DNA of 64,000 nucleotides from a virus, in IMG/VR virus record IMGVR_UViG_3300028827_000091, positions 4,106 to 68,105 of that record. One strand, given 5' to 3'. A model generated the notes under the pieces. That model was not told the origin of the DNA. It did not search any database and saw only the letters and a program-made list of their open reading frames with translations. How positions within the stretch are numbered: the stretch's first letter is position 1; each line of letters begins with the position of its first letter. Made by a program: the position numbers and the translations under genes. This document shows positions 20,308 to 28,233 of this stretch, one piece after another.

Positions 20308-20748
20308 ATGACAATCAAAATTAAAGATGAGCAAGGAAATGAGCGTATTCTTAAGGTAGGATTCACCTGCGGCTCATTTGATTTGTTCCACGTAGGGCAT
20401 ATCCTTATGCTTGAAGAAGCACGGAAACATTGTGATTATCTAATAGTCGGTTGTCAGTCAGACCCTACTATCGATAGACCGAACAAGAATAAACCAATCC
20501 AGTCATTGAATGAAAGGGTCATACAGTTGGCCGCCTGCAGGTTTGTAGATGAAGTTGTTGTTTATGATACAGAACAAGATTTGTATGGGCTTCTGCAGAA
20601 AATAAATCCTGATGTTCGAATAATCGGTGAAGATTGGAAAGGCATAAATTTCACTGGGTATGATTTGCCCATTCCTGTCGTTTTCAATTCACGCCAACAC
20701 AATTTCTCCTCTTCAGAATTGCGCCAAAGAATAATAGATGCAGCATAA
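20308..20748 (+). CDS. Cytidylyltransferase (TagD/RfaE-like HxGH family)
   Basis: GFTCGSFDLFHVGH, FSSSELR. Confidence 0.88.
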   Translation: MTIKIKDEQGNERILKVGFTCGSFDLFHVGHILMLEEARKHCDYLIVGCQSDPTIDRPNKNKPIQSLNERVIQLAACRFVDEVVVYDTEQDLYGLLQKINPDVRIIGEDWKGINFTGYDLPIPVVFNSRQHNFSSSELRQRIIDAA

Positions 20749-20757
20749 GGATTATCG

Positions 20758-21630
20758 ATGAAGCAAGCGGCCTTTATTGTTTCGTATCTGGGAAGAGGTG
20801 ACCGAAGCCCTAGACTCTATTCTAAGCGTCTTAATTATCACCGACGCCAGTTGGAGTGGTTATGCACAGAAAAATCAATTGACAGGGTTTTTGTGCGTTC
20901 TCAGGGCTATAACGAAGATGAGATTAGGATATATGAATCGGATAAGATATCTTTCTTGCATTCTGATGAACCACAGCACCCAGGAATTGGAAGAAATGTT
21001 CTTCTGAGACATTTCTATAGCACCGATTACGACGTTGCTCATTTTATTGACAATGATTCGATTCTCTATGACCACATTTTCGGAAAATCGTTTTTTGAAA
21101 AATTGAGTGAAGTTTGGGAAAAGCCTCAGATGTCGAATGTTGCTGGTTTTCGGCCTATCATTCCTAGACACGAGCCGTTCACTGGCGACTATCGAGCTGA
21201 GAAAGAATTGAGAGACAATAATTTTGTTTTCAGAAAGAATCTTCATTTGAAGGGTTCTTTCTTCACGATTAGGAATTTTAGCAAATATGATAATGTAGAA
21301 ATATTTTTTGATGAGAAAATGTTTCAGATGGAAGATGATGAATTTGCGATGAAAATGCTCCAGCAAGGTTTGCATTTCTATAAATGTGAGAACATCGTTC
21401 TGAATGAAATGGCGAATGGGGAATATTCGGTTCTCTTTTCTGAGCAAGATAGGATGAAAGATGTGCAGAAATGGAAAGATTATATTGCTGAAAAGTATTC
21501 TTCGGTTGGAGTGAGAAAAAATTCAAAAGGAAATCTTGATAGGTCGTCATTTATCAAAAGGTTTTGGAAAGCGCCGAATGAGGTTGTTGTTCCACTCGAA
21601 GGCGCGTTTTCTCTTGACAATTTCTTTTAA
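20758..21630 (+). CDS. Putative GT-A glycosyltransferase
   Basis: GIGRNVLL..F, HFIDND (DxD-like), EDDEF acidic motif. Confidence 0.6.
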   Translation: MKQAAFIVSYLGRGDRSPRLYSKRLNYHRRQLEWLCTEKSIDRVFVRSQGYNEDEIRIYESDKISFLHSDEPQHPGIGRNVLLRHFYSTDYDVAHFIDNDSILYDHIFGKSFFEKLSEVWEKPQMSNVAGFRPIIPRHEPFTGDYRAEKELRDNNFVFRKNLHLKGSFFTIRNFSKYDNVEIFFDEKMFQMEDDEFAMKMLQQGLHFYKCENIVLNEMANGEYSVLFSEQDRMKDVQKWKDYIAEKYSSVGVRKNSKGNLDRSSFIKRFWKAPNEVVVPLEGAFSLDNFF

Positions 21631-21641
21631 GGTGGTATAAT
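21614..21641 (+). promoter_or_regulatory. Sigma70 promoter (extended -10, leaderless)
   Basis: TTGACA-N16-TATAAT preceded by TGG; ATG 7 nt downstream. Confidence 0.7.
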
Positions 21642-21648
21642 TGCGCGT

Positions 21649-22041
21649 ATGAATCTTGATTATTCTTCATATAAAAGCATTTTTGTTACCTTTGAATTTG
21701 AAGGTGAACATTATTGGAAAGACGCTCCGAGCGAAGTTGAATTTCTAAGGTATCCTCATCGCCATCTTTTCAAAATCAAAGTTGAGATGACAGTTCATCA
21801 TTTAGATAGAGAAGTCGAATTCATACTATTTAAGCGAGAACTGCAAGAACTTTTCGAGAATCGGAATTTCAACAATAAATCTTGCGAAATGATTTGTGAT
21901 GATATTGCAGAATATTTGGCAGATAAATATCCCGGAAGAACTTATACTATAAGCGTGTCGGAAGATGGAGAAAATGGTGCTATCGGAAAATATGTGTTCA
22001 AAGAAAAGAAGTATGAGAACCCTGTTCATATTACCGATTGA
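21649..22041 (+). CDS. Second QueD-like T-fold protein (candidate CDG decarboxylase, DpdM-like)
   Basis: FEGEHYW, HRHLF, DREVEF, SCEM, VSEDGENG. Confidence 0.65.
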   Translation: MNLDYSSYKSIFVTFEFEGEHYWKDAPSEVEFLRYPHRHLFKIKVEMTVHHLDREVEFILFKRELQELFENRNFNNKSCEMICDDIAEYLADKYPGRTYTISVSEDGENGAIGKYVFKEKKYENPVHITD

Positions 22042-23113
22042 GCCTATAGAAAATAGGTATCCTGCTCATTGGTATAGATATCTCCCAAAACAATTTGATG
22101 AATATTTTGAAAGAAGGTGTTCTGATAGATGGGAGCTTCGTGTTGTTCCGGGCCAATGTAGGAGCAATGATTCTGGTGACGTAGCTTTCTTAAATTTCAT
22201 CGACACAAATCTATGGAAATCTGAACAGATGCGTCGTGTTTCTGAGATGTTCGAAAAAGGCCAAGTCAAAGATGGTGATGTTTTCTTGGTGACCGATGCT
22301 TGGAATCCTGCCATTCACCAATTGAGATATATGTCTGAATTGACAGGAATCAAAGTCAGGATTGTAGGAGTCTGGCACGCCGGAAGCTATGATGATTGGG
22401 ATATTCTTGGTCAGACCTTCTCAAACAAAGAATGGTCTTACGGCCTTGAACGTTCTCTGTATGAAGTCTACGATACGAATATATTTGCAACAGAATTTCA
22501 TAAGAATATGTTCAAAGAAAAATTAAAGATTTCTACTCAAGATAAACCTTGGAAAAGCGTTGTTTGTGGTTTTCCAATGGAATATATGTTCAACGGAACA
22601 CTCAAAGAAGCAGAAATTTGTGCGCCAAAGAAAGATATGGTGATTTTCCCACATCGAAAGAGTAAAGAGAAACAGCACGACATTGCTGAAGATTTAGGAC
22701 GAGAATTAAAATCAATCGGAGTTGATTTTTATATCTGTCACGGAAAAGGATTGAGCATTGAAGAATATCACAAGAAACTTGCCGAAGCAAAAGTTGTTTT
22801 TTCTGCATCTTTGCAAGAGACCTTAGGCATTGCTCAATTTGAAGGGATGCTACACGGCGCAATCCCTATTCAGCCAAACCGATTATCCTATGAAGAAATG
22901 TATGACCCTATCTTCAATTATCCTTCAGAATGGACAGAAGACTATTGTTCATATAAGATGAATAGAGACAAATTAGTAGATTTCATTGTTGATAGTATGG
23001 AAGATAATGAAAGCATTTCTTCTCGATTAAAAGAAAATTATAGGTACATCTCAAGAAAATTTTTCACTGGCACCGAATTCTACTTCTATGTTCTTTTAGA
23101 TGGAGCAATATAA
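22013..23113 (+). CDS. GT-B (GT4-like) glycosyltransferase
   Basis: WHAGSYD, FPHRKSKEK, SASLQETLGIAQFEG (Ex7E), SYEEM. Confidence 0.75.
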   Translation: MRTLFILPIEPIENRYPAHWYRYLPKQFDEYFERRCSDRWELRVVPGQCRSNDSGDVAFLNFIDTNLWKSEQMRRVSEMFEKGQVKDGDVFLVTDAWNPAIHQLRYMSELTGIKVRIVGVWHAGSYDDWDILGQTFSNKEWSYGLERSLYEVYDTNIFATEFHKNMFKEKLKISTQDKPWKSVVCGFPMEYMFNGTLKEAEICAPKKDMVIFPHRKSKEKQHDIAEDLGRELKSIGVDFYICHGKGLSIEEYHKKLAEAKVVFSASLQETLGIAQFEGMLHGAIPIQPNRLSYEEMYDPIFNYPSEWTEDYCSYKMNRDKLVDFIVDSMEDNESISSRLKENYRYISRKFFTGTEFYFYVLLDGAI

Positions 23114-24298
23114 ATGAGAACGACAAGATATTTTCCAGCAGTTAGTTGCGCCACTTCTAGCTACCTCAAAAAGTCTGATAAAGAAATTTTTAGTACGTCA
23201 AAGTGCATTAAAAAGTCATTGAGGTTTTACAATAAAGACTGGGATAATTATTTTTATCATCCGGATGTTCTTTTTTCTGCTGCACATCACGCAAAGAAGT
23301 TTCCTGATATTCGATGCGGACTTCAAATAGATGATAAAGCCTGCATCTTTGTTGATTCGGGCGGTTATCAGCTTTCGTCTGGAGCTCTTTCTGAAAAGAG
23401 TTGGAATAACAAAATAGCACTCGAATGGTCGGAAAATAACGGGACAATTTTTCCTATTCTTGACCGACCTGTTACTGGTAGCGTTTCAGAAGGCGAGATA
23501 AAAAGATGTCTTGAGCTTTCTGCAGATGCTGCAAAATATTACTATGAAAATCGCTCGAATTCTGCCTGTTCAATTCTGAATGTTCTTTCAGCAAAAAATG
23601 TTCCCGAAATGGAACGCTGGTATAGAGCAGTTTCTCCATACGAGTTTGACGGCTGGGCACACGGCGGAACGAACAGAAATTTCAAAGCAACACTGAAAGG
23701 AATCTTTTTTCTTCTGAAGAAAGGAGAATACGAGAAAGAAAATATAAAATTCCATCATATTTTCGGTGTGTCTCGTATGGATGCAATGATTTACTTTGCT
23801 GCCATTCAGAAGAACTTGAATAGTATGGGAATTGATGTTCAAATAACATTTGATAGCTCATATTTTCAGAGAAATTTGGCCTTCGGTGGTTATTTCATTT
23901 TTCCAGGATATACTGGTATTCAGCAAATATATTATTCGAACAGGAACAAATATGAGCATTTACCAGATGATTTAGGATTACCTTGTGATTGTCCAGTGTG
24001 TTCGACTATTCCGAGCATAAAAGACTGGCTTTCTGACCCTAGAGATTTTTATATGCTCGGACTCGAACATAATTTGTTCTTAATGCTCAGATACAAAAAA
24101 TCTATTGATTCTCTAATCAATATGAATATGCCAGAAGTTTTTTCTGCATCATTTCCTGCAGAAGTGACGAAAAATGTTCGTGCAATATACAAAGCATTTA
24201 ATAATCTTGATGCTGCATATGAAATCATCGATAGAGAATTTACAACAAAGAATACAGAAGAAGATAAATCATCTTTAGAAAGTTTCTTTGGAGAATAG
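23114..24298 (+). CDS. TGT-fold guanine transglycosylase, DpdA-like
   Basis: FVDSGGYQ, ILD, HIFGV, TFDSS, PCDCPVC...EHN zinc site. Confidence 0.8.
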   Translation: MRTTRYFPAVSCATSSYLKKSDKEIFSTSKCIKKSLRFYNKDWDNYFYHPDVLFSAAHHAKKFPDIRCGLQIDDKACIFVDSGGYQLSSGALSEKSWNNKIALEWSENNGTIFPILDRPVTGSVSEGEIKRCLELSADAAKYYYENRSNSACSILNVLSAKNVPEMERWYRAVSPYEFDGWAHGGTNRNFKATLKGIFFLLKKGEYEKENIKFHHIFGVSRMDAMIYFAAIQKNLNSMGIDVQITFDSSYFQRNLAFGGYFIFPGYTGIQQIYYSNRNKYEHLPDDLGLPCDCPVCSTIPSIKDWLSDPRDFYMLGLEHNLFLMLRYKKSIDSLINMNMPEVFSASFPAEVTKNVRAIYKAFNNLDAAYEIIDREFTTKNTEEDKSSLESFFGE

Positions 24299-24299
24299 T

Positions 24300-25202
24300 A
24301 TGAAACAAATCTATTTGGCAGGGAAAGCGAATGCTCTTGTTGTAGGACTTGGCATTGGTTCGATGTATAGAAGAATTCTATTAGAGAATGGTGTCACATT
24401 TGGTAGGGTAGATACAGTTGACCCTAACGTTTCTTCTGCCACATATAAATCGATTGAAGAGTGTCGTGGAAACAAATATGATATGGTTGTCATTGCTACG
24501 CCCAATTATCTTCACGAATCTTGTGCTCGTACAGCAGCAAGATTAAATTTAACAAATCTCATTGTTGTTGACAAACCAGGATTCGAAAGTCATTCGGCTT
24601 GGAAACGATTCAAAGAAGATTATCCTAATATTCGTTTGCAGATGGTAAAGAATAATCTTTTTCGACAAGAAATCACTAAATGGAAGAATATTCCTTATGA
24701 TTATTTAGAAATTTCTTGGTGCAACAAAAACAGAATACCAAAACCGGGTTCTTGGTTCACTGATAAAAAGAGAGCATTTGGTGGTGTGTCTAGGGATTTG
24801 ATTCCTCACCTTCTACACATCTACGCCGCAGTCAATGGATTTGAGCCAATCGAGTGGTGTGAAAAGTATCAGAGCAAAACATTAGATAATATAGACTCTA
24901 CTGATTATGGAGAAGTTGAAAAAGACGGAATCTATGATGTTGATGATTTTTGTCATATAGGATTTTTGAACGGAGAAGTTGTTGCAGATTGGTGTTCGGG
25001 CAAAAAGGATAAAATAGAAATTGCTTTCTGCAAAAATTCAGGAATTGTCTCGGTGAAGATAATTGAAAATCTTGGCCTCTGTCCTGAATATGCTTATGAT
25101 AGAATGTTCAAAAAATTCTTATATATGACCGAAAATGAGCACAAGAATTATGAATTGCTTGATGATTGGGTTTATATTACCCTCGAGGAGACAACGAAAT
25201 GA
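24300..25202 (+). CDS. Gfo/Idh/MocA NAD(P)-dependent oxidoreductase
   Basis: VVGLGIG, IATPNYLH, VDKP, GGVSRDLIPH. Confidence 0.8.
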   Translation: MKQIYLAGKANALVVGLGIGSMYRRILLENGVTFGRVDTVDPNVSSATYKSIEECRGNKYDMVVIATPNYLHESCARTAARLNLTNLIVVDKPGFESHSAWKRFKEDYPNIRLQMVKNNLFRQEITKWKNIPYDYLEISWCNKNRIPKPGSWFTDKKRAFGGVSRDLIPHLLHIYAAVNGFEPIEWCEKYQSKTLDNIDSTDYGEVEKDGIYDVDDFCHIGFLNGEVVADWCSGKKDKIEIAFCKNSGIVSVKIIENLGLCPEYAYDRMFKKFLYMTENEHKNYELLDDWVYITLEETTK

Positions 25203-26134
25203 GAACAAGAAGGTTTTTCACGACAGGCAATTTTGACATCAACGAAGAGTATTTTCATAAACCCGAGCCAAAAGATAATGAAATTGAAGTGCAAACAAAA
25301 ATTGTAGGAATTTGCAATTCCGACATTCAAATGTTTTCTGGTTCGTTTGGATTTCCTGTGCCGAAAGAAATCCAAGGACACGAAGGACTTGGTGTTGTTT
25401 CGAAAGTTGGAAAACGTGTCTGTGGTGTGAAAGAAGGAGATATTGTTGCGACGAACGCAGACAATTGCTTTGCTGATTTCTATAATGCGCCAAGAGGGTC
25501 TTTTGTGATTGTAGATAAACTAGACCCTATTTATATTCTAGAACCTATCGCCTGCGCATATAATATTCTTTATTATTTAGATATTCACCTAACGGCATTT
25601 GGAAAGCTGCCTGGAAAAATATTGATTCTTGGTTCAGGTTTTCTTGCAAAAGTTATCGCAGAACATCTTAAAGAATACGAACCTTTGGTTGTTGGTTCTG
25701 CAACACCGGAATATTGGTCACAGAAAGGAATTGAGCAGATACCATATCTTTATAGTGAAGGTCCACCTCAAAAATATGATATTGTGATTGACCTGAAAGG
25801 ACGAAGAATGTTCTTTGACACCCTCATAGATAATGATATGCTCAATGCAGGATGCATCTATATTGCTGCATCGCAATTTGATGAACCTATTAGAACAGAT
25901 TTATCATACCTGTTGTGGAAATCAGTTTTAATGTCGTGTCCTTCTCCCAGAGGACTTGTAGACTTTTATTCTTGTATGCACAAGGCAAAAGAATTTGTGA
26001 AGGAAAAGGAAGAACTTGTTCGTGATATTTGGTTTCCTGAAGGATATGACCGAAATGAGCCCGAAAGCCTATACAGAGCATTCAATGATGGGTTTGATGG
26101 TTCTAGACAGAAAAGGGGGTATTTGGTTTGGTAA
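25199..26134 (+). CDS. MDR (zinc-type) alcohol/polyol dehydrogenase
   Basis: GICNSD, GHEGLG, LEPIAC, ILGSG. Confidence 0.82.
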   Translation: MRTRRFFTTGNFDINEEYFHKPEPKDNEIEVQTKIVGICNSDIQMFSGSFGFPVPKEIQGHEGLGVVSKVGKRVCGVKEGDIVATNADNCFADFYNAPRGSFVIVDKLDPIYILEPIACAYNILYYLDIHLTAFGKLPGKILILGSGFLAKVIAEHLKEYEPLVVGSATPEYWSQKGIEQIPYLYSEGPPQKYDIVIDLKGRRMFFDTLIDNDMLNAGCIYIAASQFDEPIRTDLSYLLWKSVLMSCPSPRGLVDFYSCMHKAKEFVKEKEELVRDIWFPEGYDRNEPESLYRAFNDGFDGSRQKRGYLVW

Positions 26135-26418
26135 AAAAGGTTTCGTTGATAGATGAGCAGACTCGCTTAGAATCTTTTGTTGAGGCTTCTCTTAACACTG
26201 CAAGTGGTTTCTTGTTATCTTTTGTTGCGTGGATAACAATTGTTGTTCCTTTCTTTGGCCTGCCTTTCGATATAGGAGAAAGCTTCGGAATTACTTGTTT
26301 TTTCACTGTTCTATCTGTTGCTCGTAGCTATGCTTGGAGAAGATTCTTTAATAGGAGAGTTCATCGTCAGGTTCACAAATGGATGAAAGAATTCTATAGG
26401 AGGAGAAAGAATAAATGA
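26128..26418 (+). CDS. Small conserved phage membrane protein
   Basis: Two hydrophobic segments; SFVEA..N...GF, SVARSYAWRRFFN. Confidence 0.6.
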   Translation: MVKKVSLIDEQTRLESFVEASLNTASGFLLSFVAWITIVVPFFGLPFDIGESFGITCFFTVLSVARSYAWRRFFNRRVHRQVHKWMKEFYRRRKNK

Positions 26419-26975
26419 TATTGATAGGAATCGCAGGCAAGGCTCGTTCAGGAAAAGATACCATTGCTGAATATATGGTCAATGAATATGGAGCACATCG
26501 CTATGCTCTTGCCGACCCATTGAAGGAAGCGATATCTGTGGCAACCGGAATTCCATTAGATGATTTCTACAACGAAGAAAAGAAGGAGATAGAAAATCCT
26601 TTTTGGGGACTTTCTCCTCGCTATTTTGCTCAGCATTTTGGAACAGAATGTATGCGTCACCAGTTCAGAGAAGATTTCTGGTTGAAAAGAGCCGAACTTG
26701 AATATGTCAGAGTTCTTCAAGAATGTCATCCGGCATTCTTTGTTATTCCAGATATACGATTTGAGAACGAAGTCGACTGGATTAGAGAAATGGGAGGAGA
26801 AATGTGGCACGTTATTCGACCAGCATTAGGAGAAGGAATTGTTCGTCCTCACGCATCTGAAAAAGGTGTAGAGAGAAGAGAAGACGACACAGTTTTTGTT
26901 AATGAAGAAGGAAAGATTGATGGCCTGTATAGAGCTGTGGATAATGCTGTTTCTCATTTGAAGTCAAAGATATAG
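26415..26975 (+). CDS. 1: Deoxynucleoside monophosphate kinase (gp1-like)
   Basis: GKARSGKDT, ADPLK, QHFGTE, DIRFENE, HASE. Confidence 0.88.
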   Translation: MILIGIAGKARSGKDTIAEYMVNEYGAHRYALADPLKEAISVATGIPLDDFYNEEKKEIENPFWGLSPRYFAQHFGTECMRHQFREDFWLKRAELEYVRVLQECHPAFFVIPDIRFENEVDWIREMGGEMWHVIRPALGEGIVRPHASEKGVERREDDTVFVNEEGKIDGLYRAVDNAVSHLKSKI

Positions 26976-27004
26976 TTGACATTTTGCACAACATATGATA
27001 TTAT
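26976..27004 (+). promoter_or_regulatory. Sigma70 promoter
   Basis: TTGACA-N17-TATTAT. Confidence 0.65.
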
Positions 27005-27025
27005 TTATACCTATGGGAGAAATGT

Positions 27026-28021
27026 ATGGACTTTGAAAAAACAATCGTTTGTGAAATGTTATTCGGTAGTCATTTGTATGGTACGAGTACGCCTGAATCA
27101 GACAAAGATTTCTTCGGCGTCTATATGCCATCTTTGAATGAAGTTCTTTCTGGTCAGGTTCAGGATGTTATCAATCTATCAACCGCTTCATCTGATAGCA
27201 AGAATACTTCGGAAGATGTTGACCGCACCTTTTATTCGTTTCCAAAATTTATTCGCGAAGTTATCAAGGGCAACACAACGGCTCTTGATATGTTGCACGC
27301 GCCAGATTCTGCTCTTCTATATACATCTGATGTGTGGAAGGCCTTGCGCGAAAATCGTTCAAAAGCATACACAAAAAATATGAGAACATTTGTAGGATAT
27401 GTTCGCACACAGGCAAACAAGTACGGAGAAAAAGGTCGTAGAGTAAATGTTGTAAAAGCAGCATTGAAACTCTGTGAGAGTATCCGAAACAAAGAAGATA
27501 AATTGGAAGATTATTGGGAATTTTTGCCAGTCAATAACGAACACGCGAAGATTGTTATAATCGAACACGAACAGCTTGGAACTCAATATTTCTATGAAAT
27601 CTGCTCTAGAAAATTCCAGAGCACAATCACGTTTCACGAATTCGAATCTCGTCTCAAATCACTTCTTGATTCGTACGGCGAACGCGCCAGAACAGCGGCC
27701 GATTCAAAGGGAGTTGATTGGAAAGCAGTGATGCACGCATTTCGTGCTGGTTATCAGGCACGAGCAATTTTCAAGGAAGGCGATTTCACCTATCCTTTGC
27801 CTGAAACAGAATTCTTGAAAGAGGTTCGTTTGGGAAAGTTGAATTTCAAAGATGATGTATCTCCTAAACTTGATGCTCTTGTGCGTGAAGTTGAGGAACT
27901 ATCTGAACTTTCTGATTATCCTGCAGAAGTTGATAAGGAATTCTGGGTAAATTTGATGCTTGAAGTTTATAAAGATGTTTTCGGATTGAAGACAGAAAAT
28001 CCTGCAGGATATATTCAATAA
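27026..28021 (+). CDS. Pol-beta superfamily nucleotidyltransferase
   Basis: GSHLYGTSTPESDKD, DWKAVMHAFR. Confidence 0.8.
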   Translation: MDFEKTIVCEMLFGSHLYGTSTPESDKDFFGVYMPSLNEVLSGQVQDVINLSTASSDSKNTSEDVDRTFYSFPKFIREVIKGNTTALDMLHAPDSALLYTSDVWKALRENRSKAYTKNMRTFVGYVRTQANKYGEKGRRVNVVKAALKLCESIRNKEDKLEDYWEFLPVNNEHAKIVIIEHEQLGTQYFYEICSRKFQSTITFHEFESRLKSLLDSYGERARTAADSKGVDWKAVMHAFRAGYQARAIFKEGDFTYPLPETEFLKEVRLGKLNFKDDVSPKLDALVREVEELSELSDYPAEVDKEFWVNLMLEVYKDVFGLKTENPAGYIQ

Positions 28022-28233
28022 TGGCTAGATATACAGATGAATTAGATTTCTTTGGTGAGTTGTTAACCGTAAAAGAGTTTGTAAGCTCTTGTTCTTGTGG
28101 AGTATTCACTGATTATGACGGTTACGGCCACCCTGTCAAAGATAAGAAAGTGTGTCGTGATATTGTTGTGATTCCGTCGATGTTAGGTAACATCCCTGTT
28201 GACGCCACCCACATTATATGGTATAATAGCTGA
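28021..28233 (+). CDS. Hypothetical protein
   Basis: ORF abutting both neighbours; FTDYDGYG. Confidence 0.6.
   Translation: MARYTDELDFFGELLTVKEFVSSCSCGVFTDYDGYGHPVKDKKVCRDIVVIPSMLGNIPVDATHIIWYNS
28199..28227 (+). promoter_or_regulatory. Sigma70 promoter of gp43 (leaderless)
   Basis: TTGACG-N17-TATAAT with extended TG; ATG 6 nt downstream. Confidence 0.75.

Noticed and set aside
23114-24298. Canonical tRNA-modifying Tgt for queuosine
   Set aside because: Divergent from bacterial Tgt, located among DNA replication genes, and no queC/queF/queA in the window; a DNA-directed role is more likely but not proven
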